From assembly GCA_030700025.1 (NCBI GenBank), contig JAUYKI010000015.1, forward strand, positions 28,623 through 92,622: DNA of 64,000 nt, in the 5' to 3' direction. Source of the stretch: a bacterium (GTDB lineage: Bacteria; Patescibacteriota; Minisyncoccia; UBA6257; 02-FULL-45-10c). A program made the translations under genes and the position numbers. Of the stretch, positions 1 to 9,629 are shown in pieces; positions within the stretch are counted from its first letter, which is position 1; every line of letters starts with the position of its first letter. The notes beneath the pieces were generated by a model. The model saw nothing but the letters and a program-made list of their open reading frames with translations. It searched no databases and was not told where the DNA came from.

Positions 1-7
1 GCCCGTA

Positions 8-275
8 GGGCCTGTCATAAAATTACTGGTTTAATTTGGAGGCCGAGATTTGAGCCAGATGCGAGGCACGACGACGAAATTGTAGCCATAGCTACGTTGA
101 GGAGGAGTAACAAAGTAGCTGGCCAAATATCGGCCTCCCCGAAGGGCCATAGTATTTTATGGGCTACGACTGCGTCACTCGTCGTCAATGTAACTCAAGT
201 TACAATCTCCTCCTCGTTTCTGGTCTCGCTCCAAAAATGCTGTGGCAAATAAGCCATTAATTTTATGACAGGCCC
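8..275. repeat. Palindromic (foldback) intergenic element bounded by an 18-bp perfect terminal inverted repeat. The arms are gggcctgtcataaaatta at 8–25 and taattttatgacaggccc at 258–275.
   Basis: The terminal inverted repeat and internal inverted repeats (gaggaggag/ctcctcctc, cgacgacg/cgtcgtc) were read directly. The element is GC-richer than its surroundings. It shares internal motifs with the element at 45814–46082 (gtagcCATAgctac, cgacga..gaaattg, gaggagg, cccgaaggg). Confidence 0.5.
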
Positions 276-339
276 TTAACTATAAAAGAGTTTATCATAA
301 ACACGTTATCTGTTAAAGTACAAAGAAGGTTTTTATCTT

Positions 340-1641
340 ATGTTTTCCAATAACAAACCAAAAGTGGCTATCATCGGCGCGGGAATGTCCGGCCTCGGCG
401 CGGCCATAAAGCTTTTAGAAAGCGGCTATTCCTGCGTTATTTTAGAATCCCAAGCCGAAGCCGGAGGGTTAGCCGGAAGTTTTTCCATTGATAAAAAATA
501 CTTTCCGTTTGGTTATCATCATATTCTTTGCCAAGATAAACCGCTTTTAAAAACCCTTAAAAAGCTGGGACTTTATCCGCAAGTAGCCTGGAAAAAAGGC
601 AAAGTGCTTTTCGCGGTAGACAATCAAATTTATAATCTGGAAAATCCCTGGGAATTTATTAAGTTTCCAATGTCCTGGAAGGCTAAAATTAAATTTGCCA
701 AATTAATGGCTTATTGTTTTTTAAAAAAGGATTGGGAAAAATCTCTTGGCAATGCCCAGAATTGGCTGGATAAAATCGCCGGCGAAGAGGTGCGGAAAAC
801 TATTTTTGATCCTTTAATGGATATCAAATACGGATTGCCTTCCGAAAATCTAAGCGCCAACTGGCTGGGAAGCCGGCTGCATTATCAGGAATTTTCTAAA
901 CCATTGGGATATCTGCCCAATCAAGATTGGACCAAAGTTTTAACTGACAAAATGGCGGAGAAAGTAAAAGAGCTCGGCGGAGAAATTATTACCAATGCTC
1001 CGGTTACAAAAATTCGCTTTAATCAAAATAAAGTAACCGGGCTGACTTATGTCCGCCAAAATCAAAGTTACGATATAAATACGGAGATTGTCATTAATAC
1101 CGCCCCGCCGCATATTTTTCTATCTTTGTGCGACTATCAGGACACCAAATTACAGAAAGTGGAGTATTTGGATGCCCTGTCTTTAATTCTGGAAACTGAG
1201 CAAAAATTACCGCGGGAACTATACCTTTTAAGCTGCCTAAGGCCGCGGTATTCTTTCGGGGGAATATTCATGCTGTCCTCTTTAAATAGAACTATCGGGG
1301 TTAAAAACGGTACGATTGTTAACTTTTTTACTACCCTAAGCCCAAAATATGAATACCTCCGGAGCCAAAATAGCGAAGAACTGCTGGAAACCTACCAGCG
1401 AGATTTTGAAAAAATCTTCGGCTTCCGCTTAGAACCCATTTGGCATCATTTAACATTAATTAAAAACTATTCTCCTAAGTTTTTAAATGATTACAAAAAT
1501 CCGGAAACTCGGGGAAATATTCCGGGGCTTTATTTTGCCGGAAATTATTTAACTTATCCGATTATTACTTCTACCGGAAGCGCGATCGCCTCGGGTGAAA
1601 AGGCCGCTGATTATATTATCCAAGACCACGATGGACATTAA
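340..1641 (+). CDS. FAD/NAD(P)-binding oxidoreductase (amine oxidase / phytoene desaturase-like family)
   Basis: N-terminal dinucleotide-binding motif VAIIGAGMSGLGAA followed by ESQAEAGG (the GxGxxG...E..GG pattern). The ORF is intact at 433 aa. Confidence 0.65.
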   Translation: MFSNNKPKVAIIGAGMSGLGAAIKLLESGYSCVILESQAEAGGLAGSFSIDKKYFPFGYHHILCQDKPLLKTLKKLGLYPQVAWKKGKVLFAVDNQIYNLENPWEFIKFPMSWKAKIKFAKLMAYCFLKKDWEKSLGNAQNWLDKIAGEEVRKTIFDPLMDIKYGLPSENLSANWLGSRLHYQEFSKPLGYLPNQDWTKVLTDKMAEKVKELGGEIITNAPVTKIRFNQNKVTGLTYVRQNQSYDINTEIVINTAPPHIFLSLCDYQDTKLQKVEYLDALSLILETEQKLPRELYLLSCLRPRYSFGGIFMLSSLNRTIGVKNGTIVNFFTTLSPKYEYLRSQNSEELLETYQRDFEKIFGFRLEPIWHHLTLIKNYSPKFLNDYKNPETRGNIPGLYFAGNYLTYPIITSTGSAIASGEKAADYIIQDHDGH

Positions 1642-2344
1642 ATTATCAATAATAATTCCCACTTATAACGAAGAGGGAAATATCGGGCGGTTGCTGACGC
1701 TAACCCATGAAATATTGCAATCGGAATCCATTTCGCACGAGCTGATTGTCGTGGATGACGGAAGTAAGGACAAAACCAGAGAAATAATCCGAACTCTGCA
1801 AAAAACTATTTCGGAAATTATACTGATTGAACGGGACAATGAACGGGGGTTAGCCACCGCTTTAATACGCGGTTATAACCAGGCCCGCGGGCTTTATTTA
1901 GGTTCCATGGACGCGGATTTTGCCCACGACCCCAAGTATATTCCAGCAATGATCCGCATTCTTGATAATGAGAAAGTGGATTTTATCATTGGCTCCCGCT
2001 ATGTCCAGGGCGCGCGCTTTGAGGGAAAGCCCCTTCTCAATAAATTAGCCAGCTTAACCGGGCAATGGCTCATTAAGATACTTTTGGGGCTAAAAATAAA
2101 AGACACGAGCAATAATTATCGGGTCTTTAGAAAAGAGCTTTGGGCGAAAATTAAAGATAAGCTGCATCCCGATGGAAACATTATGATTACCGAAATTGCT
2201 TATTTAGCAGAAAAAAATAATTTCAAATTTAAAGAAATACCAATTCTCTATATTGAAAGGCGCTTGGGCAAAAGCAAATTAAGCGTTTTTAAAGAGACGG
2301 TAAAATTTTTTAAGAATATCCGGAGAATAAAAAATAGCCGTTAA
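1631..2344 (+). CDS. GT2 family glycosyltransferase (polyprenol-phosphate sugar transferase, Dpm1-like)
   Basis: SIIIPTYNEEGNI...VVDDGSKD...DADFAHDP...IGSRY motifs of GT-A / Dpm1-like enzymes. The start was moved to the internal ATG at 1631, giving an 11-nt overlap with the upstream gene. Confidence 0.75.
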   Translation: MDIKLSIIIPTYNEEGNIGRLLTLTHEILQSESISHELIVVDDGSKDKTREIIRTLQKTISEIILIERDNERGLATALIRGYNQARGLYLGSMDADFAHDPKYIPAMIRILDNEKVDFIIGSRYVQGARFEGKPLLNKLASLTGQWLIKILLGLKIKDTSNNYRVFRKELWAKIKDKLHPDGNIMITEIAYLAEKNNFKFKEIPILYIERRLGKSKLSVFKETVKFFKNIRRIKNSR

Positions 2345-2356
2345 CGGCTATTTTTT
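2328..2356. terminator. Bidirectional hairpin terminator (perfect palindrome aaaaaatagccgTTAAcggctatttttt) between convergent genes
   Basis: Palindrome flanked by A/T runs on both sides. It covers the stop codons of both convergent genes. Confidence 0.5.
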
Positions 2357-3339
2357 AAATCAAGTTTTATTTTAGCCAGCACTTTCACGAATCCTTCTTT
2401 AATGGAATATTTCGGTTTCCAGCCCAAACTCTTAATTAATGCGGGGTCGGCTAAAACAGTAAACGAACCCTCAACTTTCTCTGCCAGGGGCTGAATTTTG
2501 GGGCTATAACCCTCTATTTCGGCCATCAACCGCGCCACCTCCTTAAAAGAAGTCGCCTGCCCCAGCCCGATATTCACGCCGCGGCCATCGCTGATATTTC
2601 TAATTGCCAAGCAAAGCGCGTCAACAAAATCATCAATATAAACAAAATCCCGAGTTTGATTTCCCGACCCCCAAACTACCAAGGGGTCCTCTCTTTTAAC
2701 CGCCCGCAAAGCAATGGAAGGAATTGGGTAAGATAAATCCTGATCCTCCCCATAACCGGAAAAAGGCCGGACGCAAACGACCGGCAGGCCGTATTTTTTC
2801 GCGGTCACGCCAGCCAAATATTCTCCATTCACCTTAATCCAGCCATAAATTGATTCCGGTATTCCCACTTCTCCTAAATTATTTCTAAGATCCAGAAATT
2901 CCTCCTTCATGGCAATTTGGCCTCCGGCCTCGCGGCTTTGCAGTTTATTCGGATAAGCCACGGAACTGCTGACATACAAAATCCGGCCAATCTTTTCTTT
3001 ATTTTTTACCGCCCAGCTAAAAAAAGTAGAATCAATAACCTGGTCATAAGCTACAAACATTGGATTCTGCTCTATCAGAACCGCCCGGCCGCCCACCACC
3101 GCCGCCAAATGATATACTTCGTCAAAATACGGCCAATCGGAATTATTATTTAAAAATTCCACTAAATTTTCTTGGACAAAATGAACTTTTGGCTTGTACG
3201 ATTCCGAAAGCCACGCATCCGGATGCTTTCCGCTAAAAAGATTATCAATAATCCAGACATCGCTGCCCTCGCTCAACAATTTATTAACTAAATGCCGGCC
3301 GACAAACCCGCAGCCGCCGGTAATTAAAATTCTTTTCAT
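2341..3339 (-). CDS. NAD-dependent epimerase/dehydratase family protein (nucleotide-sugar epimerase/reductase)
   Basis: N-terminal ILITGGCGFVGRHL Rossmann motif, with typical SDR-extended family length and organisation. Confidence 0.8.
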   Translation of the reverse strand: MKRILITGGCGFVGRHLVNKLLSEGSDVWIIDNLFSGKHPDAWLSESYKPKVHFVQENLVEFLNNNSDWPYFDEVYHLAAVVGGRAVLIEQNPMFVAYDQVIDSTFFSWAVKNKEKIGRILYVSSSVAYPNKLQSREAGGQIAMKEEFLDLRNNLGEVGIPESIYGWIKVNGEYLAGVTAKKYGLPVVCVRPFSGYGEDQDLSYPIPSIALRAVKREDPLVVWGSGNQTRDFVYIDDFVDALCLAIRNISDGRGVNIGLGQATSFKEVARLMAEIEGYSPKIQPLAEKVEGSFTVLADPALIKSLGWKPKYSIKEGFVKVLAKIKLDLKNSR

Positions 3340-3428
3340 ATCGTTATTATATTCTCTTACAATTCATTCAACAATCCTAATAATCCCGAAAGTAAACTTT
3401 TCTAATTGTAAAAAGGCCGTAATATGAC

Positions 3429-4317
3429 CTATAAAATTTCTTCTATTATATTTCTCCCCTTCCAACATAATAAGTTAGTTGCGGCATCTGGGTCGTTTGA
3501 GGGAAAAATTTTATAAAATTCGCGCTCCGTCATGCGCGTTACTTGCTTCTTCTCTTCATCGATTACGACCCACGAAAAATTCTCTTTAGTAAGAATATCA
3601 AAAAATTCCTCAATAGACGTACCGGCGCGCTCCATTTTCCGTGGCCAAACTTCACTAATCAATGTCAGATTGGGATTTTCTCCAAGTACCCGGCGCATAC
3701 CTCGCAAAGCTAATACTTCAGCTCCTTGAATATCCATCTTAATAAAACTTATCGGGGTAGGTGGTTTGATAACTTCGTCCAAAGTAGTAAGTCGTATGCC
3801 CACCCCCTTGGCGCCAAAAGATTCATAAATTCGATTATCGCCTTTATTGTAATCATTTATAAATATTTGGCCGCCGCCCGATTTGTCCGATAAACCCATC
3901 TCGTAAAGATTAACCCGATCTACAAAATGATTTTCTTGTACATTTTGCTTTAGTAACCGAAAAGTCTGTGGCGCCGGTTCAAACGCCCACACCTTACTCT
4001 CTCTCTCTCTCTCTCGTGCCTATCAACTCTGACAGAAGAACGGTGTAGTATCCGACATTCGCTCCAATATCTACCGCGTTGTCCCCTCGGGAGACTAGTT
4101 TACTTATCAAAAAAGTTTCATAGGGTTCATAAGAATTACTAAGCAGCTCTCGACTTATTGTCTCGTCAGTTGGATCAAGATTAAACACAAATCCACGCAC
4201 ATATGCCTTACGGGGCTTTATTGCGCTCAAAATTGAGCGCGCAATAGGTACCTTACGAAGACCAAGGCCTCTAAATGGTGCCAGAAAAAAAAGAATTAAT
4301 TTATATAACTTATTCAT
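3429..4317 (-). pseudogene. FkbM-family SAM-dependent methyltransferase, split into two ORFs (3994..4317 and 3429..3992) by a frameshift inside an (AG)9 tract
   Basis: The upstream ORF carries the SAM-binding motif VDIGANVGYYT and ends ...GTRERERE*, translated from the AG repeat. The downstream ORF carries the FkbM C-terminal motif FIKMDIQGAEVLAL. Adding one AG unit gives an in-frame fusion ...RERERESKVWAFEP of about 295 aa. Confidence 0.6.
3997..4014. repeat. Dinucleotide simple sequence repeat (CT)9 on the plus strand, (AG)9 on the coding strand
   Basis: Counted directly in the sequence; it sits exactly at the junction of the two methyltransferase fragments. Confidence 0.9.
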
Positions 4318-4347
4318 AGTATGGCTCGTAGGGATAAATTTTATCCT

Positions 4348-5961
4348 TTATAACTTATAAACATTTACAAAAGTGCCGCCATAAGCGCGGGCCCCGATTA
4401 ATTCGGGCGTGTCTATTTTAGTAACCCTGGAAATAGGATCGTCAATTCCAAAAAAAGATTTATAGCGATAAGTTAAAACTACCTCATAATCCACCAGATA
4501 ATCAATTCGGTTGTCTTGGAATAATTGCCAAATTTTATTTTCCTTCATTGCCTTATAAGCGCTGTTGTTGATTAATCCGTCGGAATTCATAACAAACCGA
4601 TCGGAAAAATAACCCATAATACCGCTGTTGAAAGCGGCAACCCTGGCATCCGCGGGAAGATTGTTCTTAGTCCAAATTGCGACTTGATACATTCCTAATT
4701 GATTAATATTTTCGGATAAAATCTTATTAAAATGCCCCAAATAAGAAACGCTTAGCAAAACCGCCAAAACCACCAGTGCTTTTCGGCGGTAGGAATATAA
4801 AGTGGCCCGACTTAAAACCAAAGCAATAAAAATCGTGGCGAAAATCGGGAACGTGGCAAAATACCACGACCGGCCAGACCAGCGGATTGCTCCGTGCCCC
4901 GCCACCAGCAAAAAATATCCGGCAAAAAATACCAATAAGGCCAGCCACTCCTTGGAAGAAAAAAGTTCTTTTAAAAAACTCCCCAATTCCATTTTTTTCT
5001 TTTTATAAAAATAAAAAATAATTGCCGAGGGAATGAGCGCGGTCCCCGCCATCCAAAAAAATGACTTAAGCATATCTCGGGTTGAATAATATATCGGCCA
5101 GCCCAAAGTACTAATATTGGAAGCCACGGTGCCAAAAAAATTATGCAGAGACCAAAGTCCGATATAAGTTAAACTCCGCTCTTTATAAAACCAAAGCCGG
5201 TGATTAATTAGGGTGTAAGCCAAACCGCTTGCCGGAACAAAAGAACCGAAATAAAAATAATTATATAAGAACCAGGGGGCAGCTAATAAAAACGCCGGCA
5301 ATCCAAAAAAAAGAAGTTGTTTCCACCGCAATTTCCCAAATCGAAAACCCAAGAAAATAAAAACTGCCGCCAAAAAAACACCGTAATCCAAACGAGAAAG
5401 GACTAGCAATCCTCCGATTATTCCCAAAAGAATGAGGTTCTTTGGCGAGTCCCCGCCTTTAAGGATTTTTAAAAAAATCCTGAAGAATACCGTAAACAGA
5501 AAAAGCGCCAAAGGAGTTTCCAGCCCGCTCAAATAAAAAGACAGGTTCCAGGGATTAATGGCATAAGTTAAAACCAAAAGAGACGGGGCAAGCTTATCAT
5601 TGGTAAAAGTTGAAATAATTTTCCAAATTAATACACTGGTCAGAAAAAAAAGAATGGCGGATAAGGTTAATATAATATGAAGCGGAAGAATTTTATCTCC
5701 GGGGAAAAAATAAAAAACCGCCGCGCTAATGCCCATCCATAAAGGATGGTATCCGTTCGTCGCGTGCTCTCCGTCAAAAGTAGGCCCCAATCCGCTGGTT
5801 AAATTAATCGCGGTTTTAAAATAATAAAAAGCGTCATCTACCAGAAATCTGGCGAGCAGGCTTTCAATCGGCTGCCAAGCCAGCCAAAGATAGGCAAAAA
5901 AAATCAACATCAAGAGTCCTAAAAAAACTTTATTTTCTTTTAAGGAAGTTATTAGATTCAT
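4348..5961 (-). CDS. Polytopic membrane protein with an extracytoplasmic C-terminal domain; putative GT-C-type glycosyltransferase
   Basis: About 12 hydrophobic segments followed by a soluble C-terminus of about 130 aa. It lies in a glycosyltransferase cluster. No specific motif was recognised. Confidence 0.4.
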   Translation of the reverse strand: MNLITSLKENKVFLGLLMLIFFAYLWLAWQPIESLLARFLVDDAFYYFKTAINLTSGLGPTFDGEHATNGYHPLWMGISAAVFYFFPGDKILPLHIILTLSAILFFLTSVLIWKIISTFTNDKLAPSLLVLTYAINPWNLSFYLSGLETPLALFLFTVFFRIFLKILKGGDSPKNLILLGIIGGLLVLSRLDYGVFLAAVFIFLGFRFGKLRWKQLLFFGLPAFLLAAPWFLYNYFYFGSFVPASGLAYTLINHRLWFYKERSLTYIGLWSLHNFFGTVASNISTLGWPIYYSTRDMLKSFFWMAGTALIPSAIIFYFYKKKKMELGSFLKELFSSKEWLALLVFFAGYFLLVAGHGAIRWSGRSWYFATFPIFATIFIALVLSRATLYSYRRKALVVLAVLLSVSYLGHFNKILSENINQLGMYQVAIWTKNNLPADARVAAFNSGIMGYFSDRFVMNSDGLINNSAYKAMKENKIWQLFQDNRIDYLVDYEVVLTYRYKSFFGIDDPISRVTKIDTPELIGARAYGGTFVNVYKL

Positions 5962-7160
5962 TTGTTCAGACTCTTAGATTTAATGTCTTTCATTTTATTC
6001 AGCCATCGCTCAATTTGTTTTTCGTGATTCATTTCGTCTTCGCCCAATCGCTTATAGCAATTACGGGACAGTTCCGCGCGCAAATTAGCATCGTTTCCCA
6101 GTTGTTCTATTTTTTTAGCCAAATCATCCGTATCTTCGTCTTTAAAATAAAGCGCGCTTTTCCGCGCCACCCACTCTAAACCGCCTCCGCCTGGCAAAAT
6201 AGCCGGCAAACCAAAAGCCATGGCATAAGACAGGGAAATAGAGGTATTGTCCGTCCTCCAATGGGCCTGCACAAAGATATCTACTTCCTTGTGCATTTCG
6301 AGCAACCTTTCTCGGGTAACCCAACCGGTCAATTTCATATAAGGATCAAGTTTGAAATCGCTAATCATCCGCCTAATCGCCCCCGCCTCCGGGCCCGTTC
6401 CGCCCAAAATCAAGCGGAAATTATCTTTATTCTTTAATTTAGAAAAAGCCGTTAATAATAAATCAAATCCTTTTCCGGGCGCCATCCGGCTGGAATAAAA
6501 AAGCGCAACCGGGCCGGATTTTTTATTGCGCTTTAAATAATCATCGGGCGAAATATGATTCTCCCTGAAAATTTTCGGGTAATCAATCGGGTCTCCCATA
6601 ATTTGCGCCTGCGGATCTTTTCTCATTCCAAAATCTTCATAAGCCGATCGCAAAACCGGATTGGTATAAAAAATAATATCCATATGGCTCGCGATCGGCA
6701 TTAAAAAATATTTTTCAATCCATCGGCGTAATTTCTTTTTTAGCTGAACCGGGAAAGAATCTTTGGGCGCGCGGAATAAACTGGAAATATTTTCCGGCCA
6801 GCTGGAAAGCTCCCGGTTAAAAAAAGCGGATACGGGAATGCGGCCGCCTAGGAATCGGTATAGTCCGGCGCCATAAAGAAAATTGTGGCCGTCCACGTGG
6901 AAAAAATCGGCTTGGTCAGAATACTTTTTTAAAATTTTAAAGATTCCCTTCTGAATGCCGAATAGTCCCCGCGATGTTATATTTTCTTCAATTAATTTAT
7001 ACGGCAGTGGGTTAGGAATATCGTTCGCATAAGAAAATGCCGTAACGGCCGTTACCTCATTTCCCAGCTTTATCAAGGTCCTAATCATTAAGTCAAACTC
7101 TTCTATGGACCCGCCCGCGGTCCGGAAATTTAATTTGGATGTAATAAAGAAAATTTTCAT
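5958..7160 (-). CDS. GT4-like (GT-B fold) glycosyltransferase
   Basis: Two-Rossmann-domain architecture with a C-terminal ...GLP...GGG... E-x7-E-like region. It overlaps the downstream gene by 4 nt (operon). Confidence 0.6.
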   Translation of the reverse strand: MKIFFITSKLNFRTAGGSIEEFDLMIRTLIKLGNEVTAVTAFSYANDIPNPLPYKLIEENITSRGLFGIQKGIFKILKKYSDQADFFHVDGHNFLYGAGLYRFLGGRIPVSAFFNRELSSWPENISSLFRAPKDSFPVQLKKKLRRWIEKYFLMPIASHMDIIFYTNPVLRSAYEDFGMRKDPQAQIMGDPIDYPKIFRENHISPDDYLKRNKKSGPVALFYSSRMAPGKGFDLLLTAFSKLKNKDNFRLILGGTGPEAGAIRRMISDFKLDPYMKLTGWVTRERLLEMHKEVDIFVQAHWRTDNTSISLSYAMAFGLPAILPGGGGLEWVARKSALYFKDEDTDDLAKKIEQLGNDANLRAELSRNCYKRLGEDEMNHEKQIERWLNKMKDIKSKSLNK

Positions 7161-7222
7161 TTATTATGATAATATAATTAGCAATATAACTCTGATCCAA
7201 GATTATAAGTTATAATACGATA

Positions 7223-8470
7223 ATGAATACTAAAACCGATATTGGCTATATCAGCGGCTGCCAAGTCTGCCGGTCGCCTAAATTAACCACTGTTCTCCGT
7301 TACGGCAACCAGCCTATTGTTCAGGCTTATCTTACCAAAAAACAACTTAACCAGCCAGAAACCACCTTTCCCCTTAACTTAGTTTATTGCCAAGCTTGCG
7401 GATTATTACAGCTAGATTATATCGTAGATCCCCAAATTGTTTTTCCTAAAAATTATCCTTACCGCACCGGCTTAACCAACATGCTAATCCGCAATTTCCG
7501 CGCGCTCGCTGACAAAGTCACGCCAGAATATAATTTAAAGCTAAAAGATTTAGTAATCGATATCGGCTCCAATGACGGCAGTCTATTGAAAGGATTTAAA
7601 GAAAAAGGGTTGCGCGTCTTGGGAGTAGAACCTACCGACGCGGCCAAAGACGCCAATAAAAATGGCATACCGACTATTCAGGAATTTTTTGACAAAAACA
7701 TTGCTAAAAAAATAATTAACAAACACGGCCGGGCAAAATTAATTACCGCGACCAATGTTTTCGCTCACATCAATAACGCCTCGGATCTGGCCAAAAATAT
7801 TTATTCTTTATTGGATAAAAACGGCGTATTTATTTCTGAATCGCAATACTTCTTGGATACCTTTGAAAAGACAGAGCTGGACTGCGTTTACCATGAGCAC
7901 ATCCGATTCTATACCCTCAAACCATTAATAAAACTGCTTTCCAATGCCGGGTTTACGATAGTGGATGCCGAAAGAATTTCTGCCGCCGGCGGATCCATTC
8001 GAGTTTTTGCGATGAAAGGAAAGCGTCCGCAAGCCAAAAGAGTAAAAGATTTAGTCCGAAAAGAGGAAAAAGCCGGGCTTTATAATATTAAAAAGTTAAA
8101 AACTTTCTCGGAAAAAGCTATTCAGGCGAAGCGGGAATTAATTTCTCTAGTGTCAGAATGCGCCCAAAAAGGCACCGTTGTCGGGCTGGGCTCTCCGGCC
8201 AGAGCCAATACCCTGCTAGGATTTACGCATATTGATAAAGATTTAATAGCTTATCTCGGCGAAAAATCCGGATCTCCAAAAATCGGCCTGCTAACTCCCG
8301 GAACTCACATTCCGGTAGTAGATGAAAAAAAGATATTTCAAGAACAGCCCGAGTATGTTTTAGTTCTTTCCTGGCATATCGGCGAAGAATTAGTTAAGAA
8401 AATAAAACAGCTTGGCTACAAGGGAAAATTCATTCTTCCTCTTCCTAAACCAAGAATCATATCCAATTAA
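7223..8470 (+). CDS. SAM-dependent C-methyltransferase (TylCIII/NovU-like NDP-hexose methyltransferase family) with an N-terminal Cys4 zinc ribbon
   Basis: CQVC...CQAC zinc-ribbon pairs, the DIGSNDGSLL SAM motif, and a C-terminal domain typical of C-methyltransferases. Confidence 0.6.
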   Translation: MNTKTDIGYISGCQVCRSPKLTTVLRYGNQPIVQAYLTKKQLNQPETTFPLNLVYCQACGLLQLDYIVDPQIVFPKNYPYRTGLTNMLIRNFRALADKVTPEYNLKLKDLVIDIGSNDGSLLKGFKEKGLRVLGVEPTDAAKDANKNGIPTIQEFFDKNIAKKIINKHGRAKLITATNVFAHINNASDLAKNIYSLLDKNGVFISESQYFLDTFEKTELDCVYHEHIRFYTLKPLIKLLSNAGFTIVDAERISAAGGSIRVFAMKGKRPQAKRVKDLVRKEEKAGLYNIKKLKTFSEKAIQAKRELISLVSECAQKGTVVGLGSPARANTLLGFTHIDKDLIAYLGEKSGSPKIGLLTPGTHIPVVDEKKIFQEQPEYVLVLSWHIGEELVKKIKQLGYKGKFILPLPKPRIISN

Positions 8471-8471
8471 A

Positions 8472-9530
8472 ATGATAAGGATTGGAATTATCGGAACCGG
8501 TTTCGGCGCCAAGGTGCATATACCGGGATTTCAAAAAATTAAAGGGGTAAAAATTACCGGGATTGCCGGATCTAATCCGGCTAAAACTGCCCAAACCGCC
8601 AAAGAGAGTAATATTCCCCTGGTTTTTGATACTTGGCAAAAGCTAATTGCCTCGCCGGAAATTGATGCCGTAAGTATTACTACGCCTCCGCATCTCCATT
8701 TTAAAATCGCGGCGGCGGCTTTCCGAAATAAAAAACACGTCCTATGCGAAAAACCGCTCGCTATGAACGCGCAAGAAGCCCAGCGCATAACCAAAATAGC
8801 AAAAAAGAGCGGCTTAATTCATATGGTGAACTTTGAATTTAAAAATATCCCCAATTGGTTGCTAATGAAAGATTTGCTTCAAAAAAATCGCCTGGGAAAA
8901 TTGCGCCACATTAGCGTTAATTGGATTACCGGCGGGCGGGCAAACCCCAAACTTCCCTTTATCTGGCAAAATGACGCTAAATACGGCGGGGGGACTCTCT
9001 TTGCCTTCGGCTCGCATATAGTTGACTACATTGAATGGTTTTTTGGCCCCATTGAGAAAGTTTTTGGAAAATTAAGCATCATTAAAAAAATAGCGGGTGG
9101 CAAAAAACCAACCGCGGAAGATACTTGTGATGTTTTAATGGAATTAAAGATTGGGGTTTTGTTAAATTTAACTACCTCTAATGTTTTGCCTAACGGTTGC
9201 GGGCATAGAATAGAAATTTATGGAGAAAAAGGATCGCTAAAACTGCAAAATAGCAACTTAAAAGATGCTGTGTATGGATTTGAATTAGAAGAATGGCTGA
9301 CTAAAAATAAAATGAGAAAGAAATTATCTTTGCCGGCCGGATATCCTAAATTTAAAGAAAAATATTCCGACGGGAGATTAGAAGCCTTCCTAAAAATCGC
9401 TGAACGCTTTATTAAAGCCATAAAAACTAACCGCCAAACTTCTTCGTCTTTCCAAGACGGACTAAGAGCCCAACTAGTCATGGAAGCCATCCAAAAATCC
9501 CATAAGCTCCAAAAATGGATTTCTATTTAA
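8472..9530 (+). CDS. Gfo/Idh/MocA family NAD(P)-dependent oxidoreductase
   Basis: MIRIGIIGTGFGAKVHIPGF N-terminus and EKPLA motif. The start was moved to the internal ATG at 8472. Confidence 0.75.
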   Translation: MIRIGIIGTGFGAKVHIPGFQKIKGVKITGIAGSNPAKTAQTAKESNIPLVFDTWQKLIASPEIDAVSITTPPHLHFKIAAAAFRNKKHVLCEKPLAMNAQEAQRITKIAKKSGLIHMVNFEFKNIPNWLLMKDLLQKNRLGKLRHISVNWITGGRANPKLPFIWQNDAKYGGGTLFAFGSHIVDYIEWFFGPIEKVFGKLSIIKKIAGGKKPTAEDTCDVLMELKIGVLLNLTTSNVLPNGCGHRIEIYGEKGSLKLQNSNLKDAVYGFELEEWLTKNKMRKKLSLPAGYPKFKEKYSDGRLEAFLKIAERFIKAIKTNRQTSSSFQDGLRAQLVMEAIQKSHKLQKWISI

Positions 9531-9565
9531 AAAATCGGCCGCGGATAAATTCGACTGTCCTTTTT

Positions 9566-9598
9566 ATTGACTAAAAAAGTATTTCTGGTATCCTATAA
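9566..9598 (+). promoter_or_regulatory. Candidate sigma-70-type promoter (TTGACT ... TATCCT/TATAAT) upstream of 9630..10181
   Basis: Hexamers read in the sequence. The spacing is ambiguous: 16 nt to TATCCT and 21 nt to TATAAT. Confidence 0.3.
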
Positions 9599-9629
9599 TC
9601 AGTTCGCAAAAATAATGAGGTAACTGCCA

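Noticed and set aside
3997-4014. Treating the (AG)9 frameshift simply as two real genes
   Set aside because: The two ORFs are the complementary halves of one FkbM-family methyltransferase, and the junction lies exactly in the repeat. A frameshift, biological or a sequencing error, is the most economical explanation.
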